Assembly (NCBI GenBank): GCA_964016885.1
Contig: OZ024740.1
Location: forward strand, 109,802,001-109,866,000
DNA from: Eledone cirrhosa
Taxonomy: Eukaryota
Length of the DNA stretch: 64,000 bases
Direction: 5' to 3'
The notes under the pieces were generated by a model that was not told where the DNA came from, did no database searches, and was given only the letters and a program-made list of their open reading frames with translations. Shown here one piece after another: positions 43,730 through 57,571 of this stretch. Positions within the stretch are counted from its first letter, which is position 1. The number at the start of each line of letters is the position of its first letter. A program made the position numbers and the translations under genes.

Positions 43730-46700
43730 GTAAGACATCCTCTCTAGTGCTGGTGGCACAAATAAAAGCACCCAGTCCATGCTGTAAAGTGGCGCTGGCG
43801 TTAGGAAGGGCATCCAACCAGTGTATCAATGCCAAAACGCTTATCAGCACAGCAACAAATAGGAACAACAACAAAATATGAAGACGTCGCATCTCAGAGT
43901 TGCAACACTTAATGTTGGCACTCTCAGAGGTAGATCTGCTGAAATAGCGGAGATGCTGGAGAGAAGGAAGGTGGATGTGTGCTGCGTGCAAGAGGTGAGA
44001 TGGAGAGGTGCCTCTGTGAGACTAGTCGTAGGCAAGCGTCTTAGCTATAAGCTATTCTGGGTAGGTAAGGATGATGGGTTAGGGGGAGTAGGCATTTTCC
44101 TGGCTGAGAAATGGATCAATAAGACAATAGAGGTAGTTCGAGTTAGTAATCGAATAATTAAGCTTAGATTAGTTGTAGGTAGGAGACTACTGACAATCAT
44201 CTCGGTCTATGCTCCCCAAGCAGGCCTAGGCAAAGATGAGAAAGACTGCTTTTATGAGCAACTTTTGCAAACAACCACAATGACAGAGGACGGAGACATC
44301 GTTATGCTAGCAGGAGACTTCAATGGTCATGTTGGACAGCTCCAGGATGGTTACACTGGGGTACATGGTGGGCACGGTTACGGTTCAAGAAATGAAGAAG
44401 GAGTGAGACTTCTTGAATTTTGTGATGCGAGTACATTCACTATTTGCAACACAAACTTCCAGAAACCTGCCAATCACCTAATAACCTACAAATCTGGTGA
44501 GCACATGAGCCAGATTGACTTCTTGCTAGTTAGGCAGCGGGACAGGCAGATAGTGTCTAATACCAAGGCATACCCTGGGGAAGAATGTACCCCACAGCAT
44601 ATGTTAGTTGTTAGTGATATCTCAGTAAGCAAGAGATGGAATGAGACATATAGGAAGGTGTGGAGAAGAAAGGTCTGGAAGCTAAAAGACCTTTCACTAA
44701 AATACAAATTTAGGAAAGCCCTTCAAGATGTATATGACGAAAAAGAAGACGATTTAGAGACATATGACATAGATAATAACTGGAATTTCTTACGTGACAA
44801 CTTGCTGCAGGCTACTGATGAAGCCTGTGGCTGGAGCAGAGCTCCAACCAGACAGAGAGTGACCTGGTGGTGGAACAGCACAGTAGATAAGGCTATTAGA
44901 GACAAAAGACTAGCATGGAAGGCTTGGAAAAAGGGTGGGAGTAGGGAAGAATATACAGCCACTAAGAGAGAAGCTAGACGTCAGGTGTACTTAGCACGCA
45001 GGGAGGCAGAGAGTAGGAGGTTTGCCAATGTTCTGCGACGGGAAGATCAGAGGCGTGCGGTGTTCCACATTGCAAGGCAGTGTGTCAATGCAAATCAGGA
45101 TGTTGTTGGAGATAAATGTGTCCGGGATGATGCCGGTGTACTTAGTGTCACGAATGATCAGAAAAAGGAGGCCTGGAAATATCATTATGAGAGACTGATG
45201 AATGTGGAGAACGAATGGGAGAGAGAGAAATTACCCTTGGTAGATCCGACAGAGGGACCAGCTATTGAGATTGACGAATATAGGGTCCAAGAGGCGATTA
45301 GGGAAATGAAAAATAGTAAGGCGGCCGGACCATCGGGAATAGTTGCTGAGATGCTGAAGGCATCAGGGGACGTAGGCACTAAATTGGTTGCACGCATCAT
45401 CAATCAGGCTATAGGGGTATAAAACTGATAGATCAGGTTATGAAAGTGGTAGAAAGGATTTTAGCACAACTAATTAGAGAAAGGGTCAAACTAGATGAGA
45501 TGCAGTTTGGTTTTGTGCCTGGGAAGAGTACAACAGATGCCCTCTTCTCGGTGAGACAAATGCAAGAGAGGTTCTTAGAGAAGAATAAGCCACTATACTT
45601 AGCCTTTGTTGACCTAGAGAAGGCCTTTGATAGGGTACCCCGATCTGTCATCTGGTGGTCCCTAAGGAAGCTAGGTGTTGAGGAATGGCTTGTGAGGACA
45701 GTGCAAACTTTGTACAGAGGTACTCTCAGTAAAGTCAGGGTAGGAATGGAGTTTAGTGAGGAATTCCAGATACAAGTAGGAGTACATCAGGGCTCGGTCC
45801 TCAGCCCGCTCTTGTTCATTATAGTCCTCCAAGCCATAACAGAGGAGTTTAAGACTGGCTGTCCATGGGAACTTCTCTATGCTGACGATCTGGTTCTTAT
45901 AGCAGAATCAGTAGACGAGCTAGAGAATAAATTCTGGCTATGGAAACAGCAGTTGGAAGCAAGAGGACTGAGAGTGAATCTAGCTAAGACAAAAGTGTTG
46001 ATGAGTAGAAAAGAGGACAAAACCCTGATTCCGTCAGGGAAATGGCCATGTTCGATATGCAGAAAAGGAACTGGCATAAATTCTATAAAATGCACACAAT
46101 GCAGATCCTGGGTACACAAGAGATATAGCGGGATAGCAGGCAAACTAACAGGTAGGGAGAAATACGTATGCAGTAGATGTACAGGGAAATTAGACAGTAG
46201 AAGTCGCACTGATAGACACATTTTTCAAATGCAAGAGGGCGCTATAAAAGTGGTGGATAGCTTCCGGTACCTAGGAGATCAGATTAGCATGGGAGGAGGG
46301 TGTTTCGAGGCCATAGTATCTAGAATAAGGACGGGTTGGAAGAAGTTTAGGGAGCTGCTTCCTCTGTTGACGAAGAAGGGTTTTTCCCTGCGTACGAAAG
46401 GCCGGTTGTATAATGCCTGTGTGAGGAGCGCGATGCTGCATGGTAGTGAGACATGGGCAGCAACTGCAGAGGATATGCGATGGCTGGAGAGAAATGAGGC
46501 AAGCATGCTCCGTTGGATGTGCAGTGTAAATGTGCGTGAACGATCCAGCATAAATGTGTTGAGAGAGAAACTGTGTCTGAGAGGGATAGAATGTAGTGTA
46601 CGGGAGAGGAGATGAGGTGGTATGGACATGTGATGCGCATGGAGGATGACCGATGGGTGAAGAAGTGCCAGGAAATGCCAGTTGAAGGAAGACTTGGTAG

Positions 46701-46875
46701 AGGTAGACCACGAAAAACATGGGTGGAGGTGGTGAGAACAGACCTCAGATCATTGAAGCTCACGGTGGAGATGACGAGGGACCGTGACGAGTGGAGAGAT
46801 GCTGTGCTGAATAAGACCCGACCCACCCTTGCAAGCAGGGAAAAGCGGACGTAAAATGATGATGATGATGATGAT
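43730..46875 (+). mobile_element. Near-full-length RTE family B (5' UTR, APE, RT), broken by a ~90-bp deletion and a frameshift
   Basis: ORF 43878-45422 (ATLNVGTL, CVQEVRW, SVYAPQ, GDFNGHVG, IDFLL), ORF 45440-46615 (RT, YADD), ORF 46612-46854; (GAT)n tail. Confidence 0.96.
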
Positions 46876-46914
46876 ATCAAGTAAATATGTTTTGAAACAG
46901 AGAGCAGGTTTGAA

Positions 46915-47114
46915 ATTAGAAAATAGAATAGCTTTCACCGTATTTTTGACTAAAGGAATTTTAGCCTGATAATGGGGTTTAGAACCCTCAGATAAATGGA
47001 AAAAGATGAGTATTGACGTACATCTTTTTCCATTTATCTGAGGGTTCTAAACCCCATTATCAGGCTAAAATTCCTTTAGCCAAAAATACAGTGAAAGCTA
47101 TTCTATTTTCTAAT
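46915..47114. repeat. 94-bp-arm inverted repeat (46915-47008 / 47021-47114), probably another PLE-type fold-back
   Basis: Two mismatches between arms, 12-bp spacer; no clean hammerhead core. Confidence 0.85.
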
Positions 47115-47125
47115 ATACATATATA

Positions 47126-47483
47126 AACAAAATACACCCCGTCCCACCACCACCACCCCCACCCGATCCACACCACCCCGTTCTATGTAAAGTTATGTTG
47201 GTGCCGCGCCATCGAGGTCGAAACAAATGAGATCGTGTAGGTGTCACGACAAAAAAACACACAGTCCACGCTGTAATGTGGCCGTGTAGGCAACACGGTA
47301 AAAACCTCCCAGACCCACACTGTAAATGTGGTTGGTGTTAGGAAGGGCATCCAACTGTAGAAAACCTGCCAGACAGTCCTATGCGAGCAAGACAATCACT
47401 CTTGCCTCAAGTGGGACTACCCCCGTCCAAACCCATGCAAGCGTGGAACACGGACGTTAAACGTTGATGATGATGATGATGAT
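47126..47483 (+). mobile_element. RTE family A 3' UTR-only copy
   Basis: Near-identical to 34537-34890. Confidence 0.9.
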
Positions 47484-47559
47484 ATATACATATATACACA
47501 TATATACACATATATATACATATATATATATATACACATATATATATATATATATACAC

Positions 47560-47618
<59 letters not shown>

Positions 47619-47666
47619 CATATATATACATATATATATACATATATATACACATATATATATATA

Positions 47667-48052
47667 TGGTGGCTGCCAACTCGTTTTCGAGTACGGCCAC
47701 TACTTTATATCCATGTAGGAGAACCCCTACCGATGCGCTGAACGAGTGTGACTTTTTAGTCCAGCCAGCGACTTGAAAACTCTGGTACAAACACCACACT
47801 TGTGACAATTACTGACACATAGTGCTGGGCCCATGGTACCATGTGACGACAAGTGCAGAGAGATCTCCAGATATAAAGCAATGCCTGTGCCGTGAAGCTT
47901 TTATAGTGAGCAAAGGCACTGCACAAAGCCAGTCCCACTCTCTTAACCAAGATGATATTCACCAAAAAGAAGAATAAGTCAACATCATTGGATACCATCA
48001 GGGTTGCAGGTGTTATATCAGAGTTTTCCTTCTCCTAGAATTCTGCCTTGAC
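47667..48052 (-). mobile_element. Non-coding interspersed repeat (second copy at 63512-63969), probably RTE-derived and non-autonomous
   Basis: Two highly similar copies, both in (TA)n; the minus strand carries ctaggagaaggaaaactctga, which resembles RTE 5' UTR sequence. Confidence 0.65.
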
Positions 48053-48055
48053 AAT

Positions 48056-48145
<90 letters not shown>

Positions 48146-48276
48146 TATATCATACATACATACATATATATATATATATATCATACATACATACATATAT
48201 ATATCATACATACATATATATATATATATCATACATACATACATATATATATCATACATACATACATATATATATC

Positions 48277-48308
<32 letters not shown>

Positions 48309-48330
48309 CATACATACATATATATATATC

Positions 48331-48364
<34 letters not shown>

Positions 48365-48494
48365 CATACATACATACATATATAGATATATATATCATAC
48401 ATACATACACATATATATATATATATATATATATTATGTAATCCATGCCAGCGTGGAAACATGCATGTAAAACGGTGATGATGATGGTGAGGAT

Positions 48495-48544
<50 letters not shown>

Positions 48545-49108
48545 CTGTGGTCCCTGATTCACCAAGGTGCTGATGGGCCATCAATCATTTGTTCAGGCTA
48601 AGCTATAGAGCTCTAAATATATTTTATGTTCTCAGGTGCACACAACATTGCTTTGTGTTTGTTTCTTTTGGATTAAATTCAGAAGACATCAATAAAGCAC
48701 ACGAGTGGCTATGATCACAACAGACTATCTATTTACTGCTAAGCGCATTCAGTTTTAAAATTGTTACTTCAAGTACTCAGGCAAGGAAGGACTGTCACAG
48801 CGAAACAAAAACCTTCAGTGAAGATTCACTTTAACTTAGTATTTATGGCTTTTGGGTCTGTTAGACTATTGACTACTTAGGCGTGAATACAAACCTTGTG
48901 TTGTTTCCCTGAGCCAGACACCGCTTGACATAGTTTGCCAGGAAAATAAGCTTCAACCAGATTTCAGAACAAGAGTTGAGCCACTCAAAAGCATCAAACT
49001 CAAAATCATGTGGTTGTGAAGCGAATTTCTGAACTACACATCCATTTTGAGGCTCTAAGTACTTAAAAAATTATGGTGTCCCCTTCCTACCCTATGTATA
49101 AAGTCTGC

Positions 49109-49155
<47 letters not shown>

Positions 49156-51459
49156 GGGGGAGGGGGAGGGGGGGGATAGAAAATATATTTAATTTGAATA
49201 AAATGGTGCCCCTCTTCCCATGACACCCTAAGCATGTGCTTATGTTGTTTAATGGTTAATCCATTTCTGCCCTTGATGTGGGCTCAAACTCATCTGCAGC
49301 TCAGTTTAACATCACCACCTGGTCCTTTAGTGCTTTTTAATGTAATTTATTCTGTTGGAAGCATTCCGACAAATTCTCTGGTTTTCCCCATCAGGCTTGG
49401 TGACACTGAAAAAATTAAGGGTCATAGGTGTATGTCTTTCCTCCCCGACTAAGCTGTAAATACACAAAAATAAATTTAAAAAAAAGCTATATGGACATAA
49501 TTTAAGGTTTCTTTAACACAACTTCATGAGGCCTTCCTGTATGTCTAGTAAGAGGAATCTAGGTAAGTTTAATATGGTGGATGCTATTTTGGAGGGTAAA
49601 TAGGAAAATATTATAGGTAGATGTAAATTTAAAAACGAAATGTGTCTATTGTTTGATGTTGTGCACTAGGAGTATATAATGAAGGTTGGACCTGTTAAAT
49701 CTGGTATTCTATTGTCTGGTAGCTACTGTGGTCAATATGTGTTATATCTGTCTTATACTATCATTTTTGTACCTTGCATTTTTACTGATGGTTTTACACT
49801 TTATATATTTATTTTTGAAACCCATAACTCCTGAGGGAGTCGTATGGATGCCATATTGACATAGGCATTTTTAGGTCACTTTTAAAACCTGATGGAGCCC
49901 ATCTCCTCTCCAGGTTTGAATATAGCAGATTTCTTTCAGTGAAGGATAGAGGGTGAGAGAAAGGAAGTGAGATAGAGGAAGAATCAACCCCAGTACTTGA
50001 CTGGTACTTATATTATCAACCTCAAATGGATGAAAGGCAAAGTTAGCCATGGCAGAATTTGAACTCAGAGTTTAGAGAGCCGAAACAAATACCACAAAGT
50101 ATTCTCTTGAACATTCTAACAACTCTGTCAATATGTTGCTTCATTGAAACAAAAATAAACACAAAAATAAACACCAAAATAACTTATCTGATAGTATTAT
50201 TGCGCTATTTCCTGTTTTAAGCATTGGTCTAGATTTGATAAAATGTCAATATATGTGTGGAATAAGACAGCAAAACTTTGTTTATATGAAGGCTCTCCTG
50301 AGAGGATTAATTTTTTGTGGGGTAACCATGGCTTGAACTCATTTGATTATAGGTCTGCTCAATCAGCATTGATGTGAGGCTAAAGAACAACAATTAGTAT
50401 TTACAAAGGCACATTTACTCACCATAAAATGTACCGAAAGGATAGTTTTCCAAACTAAACAATTATTTATAAAGGTTATAACCAGAAAGTATTGTGAGGA
50501 AAAAAAGTATATATTTTATTTCATATAGAACTACCATATTTGATGGTATTATAAGCCTCACCTTTTTTTCATAAGAAAAGGCAGGGATCAAAAAATATCA
50601 TCCAGATTTTATATGCAAAATTAAGCTCTTCAGTTGGTTCATATTTACCAAGACACAATAAATTAGCCGTACTTGAACCTAGCCTAACTTCATAATACTG
50701 TTATATAAGAGATACAAGAGTACGGTAATAGCAGTAGAAGTTTTTACCATCAAGACGACTACTGGAGAAAAGTATCAAAACTATATTATTGAATACAAAT
50801 TCAATCAAGCTTGTGTAACTCGTGTAGCCAGTCGTTAGTGTGCCATTCTAGGCATTTGACTGTATCCATATAAATTATTATTATCTTTAAATTTGCCAGA
50901 GAAATCTTCACTTTGAATATAGCTTCACTCATAAAGAAAGCCTATTGCTATTATGTAAATTCTGTCCTGCTGGCATGGATTGGTCGAGACTTTTAGAGGA
51001 AGAAATTCTTAGGCCAAAAGCTTTATCTCATGCCAACCTTCACTTGTTTTTAAGTAAGGTATAAATCTTCACATGTCTAACCATTGAGCAGCAGTGCCCT
51101 TTTTTACACTGTTTATGAACACATATCATTGCCTGTGATATCGAATGGAAGCAACAAAGACATGCACAAACACTAAAACAAAAACGGCACAGTGACAGTA
51201 GGTAGAAGAAGAGGAAAACAAGGAATATCCTATCATCTGCTGTTTATCGAACATTTTTTCATGCCTTTGAACAAGACTGTTTGTCACAATGGCATCCAAC
51301 ATTGTTGGGAAATAAACTCAAAAACACACAAGAATGAAATGAAAAGCATACCTGGGTGAAAAAACAAAGTTGTTGGACAAGAATTATAGGTAAATAATGT
51401 ACAGGAAATATATAGATATATGATAAAATAAACATATTTACATCAGTCATTAGATTGTA

Positions 51460-52715
51460 TTGGGTTGGCCAAAAAGTTTGTTCAGTTGTCTAAGTGAAAA
51501 TAAGACACAAGTTTTAAACACCAAGTGATTTATTCAAACAATGTTATAATTACAGTTTCGTTCCAGTATATTCTGCTATCTTGTGGTCAGATCCATTATC
51601 CCCTACTCAAAGAATTTCCTGTCTTTACTAGTGAAAAACTCTTCCAGATGAATTTTTACATCCTCTTCAGAGTTGAAGGTCTTCAAGTCAATGAATTTTG
51701 AAGAGACAGAAACAGGGGGAAATCTGAAGGCTCAAGGTTGGGTGAATATGCAGGGTGTGGCCAAATTTCCCAGCCAAGCTGCAATAACTTCTACTGCATC
51801 TGCAAAGAATTGTGTGGTCTGGCATAGTCGTGATGAAAGACAATGTCGTTATGATTAGCAAGTGTTGGACACTTCTGGTGGATTGCTGCATTTAATTTGT
51901 CCAGTTGGTCACAGTACACATCTGAATCAAGGATCCTGTCCATGAGAGGAAGCTTGTAAAAGAACACCCATCCAATTCCACCAAATTGAAAGCATAACCT
52001 TCTTTGGAGGGAGTTTGTCATTGGTCACTGCACTTTTCCAACGATTGTTTGCACTTCACATTGTTGTAGATGATCCATTGTTTGCCTCTGTCACCATTCT
52101 CTTAAATAAAGTATTGTTTTCTTCATGTTTCTGCAAAAAAAAATCACAGATGAAAATTCGTTGGGTGAGGCCAGCCTCATTCAATTGATGTGGTACCCAA
52201 ACATACTGCTGATGTAACTATGTAGATCACTTTCAATATTCGATTTGGATATTTGAAGAATATCTGCAATCATCCTGTTTGTATGAGGTGGTGGGGTGTT
52301 GACTAATTTGTTCATTTGGCAGCTGTTAATCCCCGTTGGCCAGCCAGAGGGAGGTAGAACTTGAACTGAAAAAATTCCTGATGGAAATCTTGAAAACCAC
52401 TTCTGGCACACATGTTCTGTAACAGCATGCTCCCTGTACACAGTGCATATCTTCCTCCTGGTTTCCGTTGCTTTCCTATTTTTTTTTTTAAATAAAAAAG
52501 CATGAGGTGTTGATAATGTTTTGGTTCTCCATTTTCAGGATGATAACAAGCATACAAAAGACAACCTATCTCCACGGAAGTGTGTGTTGAACTACGATGA
52601 ATTATCAAGTATCTAACGAATGTACATGCTCAAAATACAGACTGAAGTTAAATACTTTTAGAATGCTTGGAGTTTAGTGTTGACATAAACCGAACAGACT
52701 TTCTGGCTAACCCAA
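51460..52715 (-). mobile_element. Full-length decayed mariner (~1.26 kb) with TA target-site duplication
   Basis: TA-ttgggttggccaaaaagtttgttc ... gaacagactttctggctaacccaa-TA; residual motifs VFHHDYARPH, CQKWFSRF, YCDQLDKL. Confidence 0.9.
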
Positions 52716-53977
52716 TAAATGGTCACAAAAAAAAACAAAAGTGAGTGAGAGAAAAATATAGTTTGCAGACAAATTCATAAGACAACCAATTTCTCACATT
52801 TGACTGGAAAGAAAGATCACACCTTTATTACAACCTTCAAGGGAGGTTGTAATAAAGTGGAAGTCCCATAAGCCCTAAGGCACAAGTGAGGGAAGGAAGG
52901 AGAGATAGAAGTTAAGATGGAAAGAGGAAGTGAGCAGAAAAAAAAAAGAAAAACAGAAAATTGACAGGCTTCTTTTTAAATTTTGTTTACCAAATTCACT
53001 CAAGGCATTGGTCAGTCTAAAATACACTTACCCAAGGTACCACACAATGGGGCAAAAACCAAAACCAGGTGGTTGCAAAGTAAACCTTTTAACCATACAG
53101 TCATACTTGTGCTTAATTTTAAAGAAATTATATTGTACTCACAAATAACAGTAAATGTTACATTCTGATTCTCATGATACAAAACTAAAAACCTTTTTTT
53201 TAAAGTAAGTTTCTAAACATTAGTTCCATGACGAAACTATTTGGTGTTCTTTCATTTTAAGTTAACGGCCTTCTTACTTATAAGTGGTGGTTTATACATT
53301 ATAAAACGAATAACATAAAAATGAATGGTACCTGATTGATCTGTATAAGTAAATTCTGAATGATTTATTAATAAACGAAAAGGAAATATCGCAACATATA
53401 TAAACATCATTTTATCACTTTTCCACATAATCTGGAAGACATGAAAGAATGCAATATATTTTACTAAATTCATTGAAATTTTTGATTATTTTCTAAATAA
53501 AATAAAACATATTGCTAGAGAGAGTATTTCTTTAGAAATATGGTATAATATAAAGAAGGGTTACATTTTGTTGAAGTTCAGATAGTTTTTGAATAAAGAA
53601 ACGATGTCTTTTAATGTGTGACAATAGAAAGTACATAACAAGGGGGTAAAAAACGAAGTTAGATGAAAAAAAAAACTCTGAGTGAGTATAACAAAAAGAG
53701 GAAATATAATCAACATAATTGCACTCTAGACAGTTCTCAATAATTTTAATGGCTTTTAGGTATTGTGTCTTGTATAGCTCTGGACGCCTGTGTGTGTGTG
53801 TGTGTCTGTGTGTGTGCATATATCTGTGTGTTGTGTGCCTGTGTGAGTATGTATCTGTTGGTATGAGTCTACGTGTGTTTGTGTGCCTGTGAGTATGTGT
53901 CTGTATGTGTATGTCTGTGTGCTTGGACATGTATGTGCCTGTAATTATCAGGATTTCTGTGTCTGTGTGTATATGTC

Positions 53978-54225
53978 GGTATGTGTGGGGCTGTGTCTGT
54001 ATGTGTGGGGCTGTGTGTGTGTGTGTATGTTCCAGTATGTGTGGGGCTGTGTGTGTGTATATTCCAGTATGCGTGGGGCTGTGTCTGTGTATGTTCCAGT
54101 ATGTGTGGGGCTGTGTCTGTGTGTGTATGTTCCAGTATGTGTGGGGCTGTGTGTGTGTGTATGTTCCAGTATGTGTGGGGCTGTGTGTGTGTGTGTATGT
54201 TCCAGTATGTGTGGGGCTGTATGTG
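53978..54225. repeat. ~30-bp minisatellite (tatgttccagtatgtgtggggctgtgt...)
   Basis: About 8 direct units within a (TG)n-rich tract. Confidence 0.9.
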
Positions 54226-55094
54226 TGTGAAGAATGAAATGAAGTTTATCACTTGATTAAAAGCTAAACGATACAAAATATATAGAATGTGTTACATTAA
54301 TAATCGATGTAGGTTGGCTGGTTGCTGCCTAGAAAATCTTGCTTCATTGTCCAATGTTGCTAAATATGTTGTTTTTATATATTGTTACATATTGTAGTAA
54401 ATATCAATAAACAGAGCACTTAACTGATTAAACTAAATCACCATCACCATGGAGACTGACTACCACACACACAGACACACACACACACACACCACACACA
54501 TTCTCTCACTCCTGCACGTGCACACAGACTATTGCATGCATTGAACCTCCATCAGTTTCCATTACAAGTGTTCCAATTGTTCAAACAACTGAATAAGCCT
54601 GTTTGTGACATTATCACACAAGTGGTTGAGAATTTGAAAGATATGTTCATTTTTAACATAGTTCTAAGCTTAGGGAGATTCAGCATGACACAGTACGTGA
54701 CAAGGCTGGCCCTTTGAATTATATGTGTATAACTTGTCTTTGCCAGATGAGTGAACAAGGAGCAACATGAAATAAGTATCTTGCTCAAGGACAAAACACG
54801 CCGAGAATAGAACTCATGACTTTATGGTCATGAACCAAATACTCTAAACACTAAGCCACATACATTCCCATAGATATGCACAGGCAAACAAATTTATACA
54901 TGCAGTTACATATATGCATACAGATTGAGAAGTTAAAGTGCAACCATATATATTTTTGGTAAATTCATGATGAAACACCCGTCTCCAGTTCTGTTGGAAT
55001 CCCCTCCCTCGGGTTTTTCCATGGGCTTTCAACTAATCTGACCTCCAAAAGCATCGCAAACAACTTTTTTCCAGAAAAAAGCGGGAGAGGGAGA

Positions 55095-55286
55095 GATCCT
55101 CAGAGTTTCCCACCCCCAGATTTTTCTTTCTTTTCCAGGTTATTTTGTGCGCTTTCAATGAATCTGACTCTGAAATCACACGAAAATGGAAAGATTTGGT
55201 CTCTATTTTTAGTATGTCGAGCTAATCCTAACTCTAACCCTAACCCTAAGCCTATACCTTATCCTGGGTGGAAAACTCTGAGGATC
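55095..55286. mobile_element. MITE-like element with 22-bp imperfect TIRs and an internal (CCCTAA)-like tract
   Basis: gatcctcagagtttcccaccc ... gggtggaaaactctgaggatc; ctaaccctaaccctaag at ~55235. Confidence 0.55.
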
Positions 55287-56608
55287 CTGCTTCCCACATC
55301 TTCTCCATAAAAAAAATGTGGCTTAGTGGTTAGTTTACTGGGCTCATGATTGTAAGTTTATGAGTTCAATTCTTAGACTGGGCAGGATGTTGTGTCCTTG
55401 AGCAAGACACTTTATTTCATGTTGCTCCAGTTCATTCAGCTGGAAAAGAAACAAGTTACATCAACACTGGTGACAAGCTGTATCAGCCTTTGTCTTTGCA
55501 CAGCATCAGTTTTGTGGAAAAGAGGACACTTACCAGCATAAGCAACTGCTGGGCTTTCACAAAACACCCTGCCCAGGATTGTGCTTCAGAGACTAAAGGG
55601 AGCCATCCTTCCTTTCACTATGAGTTCAAATCATATTAAAGTGAACTTTGCCTTTCATCCTTTCAGGGTCAATAAATAAAGTACCAGTAGTTGGATGGTG
55701 AAATTGTTAAAGTGTTTGTTCCAGTTATTTGTCTTTTGAGTTCAAATCCCACCTTTTGTCAATGGAAAAGTAGTGATACTTCTGCCAGAAGTTGTGACTA
55801 GCAGATATTATCAGCAATGGAAAGACCAAGAGAAATATAATTTCCTTGATCCAATCTGATGATCATCGCATTTTTCTTAACTTTGCCTTGAAAGAATGGT
55901 GATGACATAAAGTGGAAAGAACTCTTCCAGTGTTGGTGCCACAATAAAATGCACCAATAAAACTATATAAACTGATTGAAGGGAGATATTATAAGATGGC
56001 TCTTTAATCTTGTATAGGGTATAAGATCATCTCTAGTGGTAAGACCACAATAAAATGTCCCCAGTACACTTTAAATGTTTGGTAAGAGAAAGGGCTCCAG
56101 AAAGCCTAACAATATTGGAACTTATTGGGGAGACACAGCCTCTCCCCACCCATCTAGTAGAGTAGTAATGCTGAATAAGAATTGACTTGAATAATAACAA
56201 CATCTCCAACACATGTCATCTTGGAAAGCAGACATAAAATGTTGAAGATGATAGTTGAGAAGATGGTGGTCAAACCTAATATGGAGATAACTGATTAAGA
56301 TATCATACAGTGGGATGGAACCAGGAATAATGTGCTTGCAAAGCAATTTTCTAAACCACACAGCCATGTTGGGCCTTATATAATATATATGTGAACATGT
56401 GTGTGTGTGTGTATATAGGGGTTTGTATACACCTATACATCATATATATATGTATACACATGTGTATATATAGGTGTATGCCAGCATGGAAAGCGGATGG
56501 ACATAAAATGATAATAAATATTATTGTATCTGATATTTTGTTATTGGATTTTATCAGTTTAAACACTGTGTGTGTGCATCATCACCATCATTGTGTTTTA
56601 TATATGTG

Positions 56609-56645
<37 letters not shown>

Positions 56646-56751
56646 CTGTGTGTTTAGGTAGGAGGGAGAGAGAAGTTATTTGATAAAAAACGTACATAAA
56701 TATGATCATTGCAAGGTATCATGTCTATTTTATGTTCCTTCATTCATAAAA

Positions 56752-56804
<53 letters not shown>

Positions 56805-57571
56805 GGTGTGTGTGTATATATATATATATATATGCGTGTGTGTGTACATGTACATATATACGTGAGTTCGTGTGTAATATCTTTTAGTCAGAGGGCTGAA
56901 AATAAAATAAAAGAAAACAATAATAGGACAACATGCAAGGAGAAGTAAAGGGGAAAGGAAGGATAGAAGAGTGCAAAGGAGGGTGGGGGAGAGAGAGTGA
57001 AAGCTTGGACTGTTGAGGAGGATGGGTGGAGAAAGAAGTGGGGTACAACAGGGAGAGGGAGGGACAGGAAATGATGTACAAGAGGGAGAGGATGCAGCTA
57101 GAAGTGGGGTGCAACAACAGCATTGTGTGGAGACTGTAGGGTATAGTGCAGGGTCCAGTTACAGTAATAGATGACTGGTGTAGTAGTAGTGGTAGGGGTG
57201 ATAGTGGTGGTAGTGCAGGAGGTAGAGGGATATGAGCATTGGATGGGAGTAGGGTATAGCAATGTGGTGCAACAAGCAGTTGGGGGTGCAAGCTCCCTGT
57301 TACAGTAAATGGTAGATTTATGAATAACTGGCAGGCTAGTGTAGATTGGTAGCCAACTAGGCAGCAGCCACCTAGGGTGCATACCTCAGACAGGTACATT
57401 ACTGAGTCTTAAAGGATCACAATGTTATACAAATGTGTATGATTAACTTACATATACAGGCTTAGTAATTTTCTTAGTGTTGTCAGAGCAAGAAGTGTCA
57501 AAAAAGTGGTTTGTCAGTTTGTTAAACTGTAAGTTGAAATTATTTCATTTGGGAAAATAGGATAACTAACT

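Noticed and set aside
48540-51450. Relatively unique sequence that might hide host exons (also 61520-61980)
   Set aside because: No sustained ORF or recognisable protein motif by eye; short exons cannot be excluded without RNA-seq or BLASTX.
52823-52857. 14-bp-arm hairpin ctttattacaacct...aggttgtaataaag
   Set aside because: Isolated and short, with no second copy or associated motif in the window.
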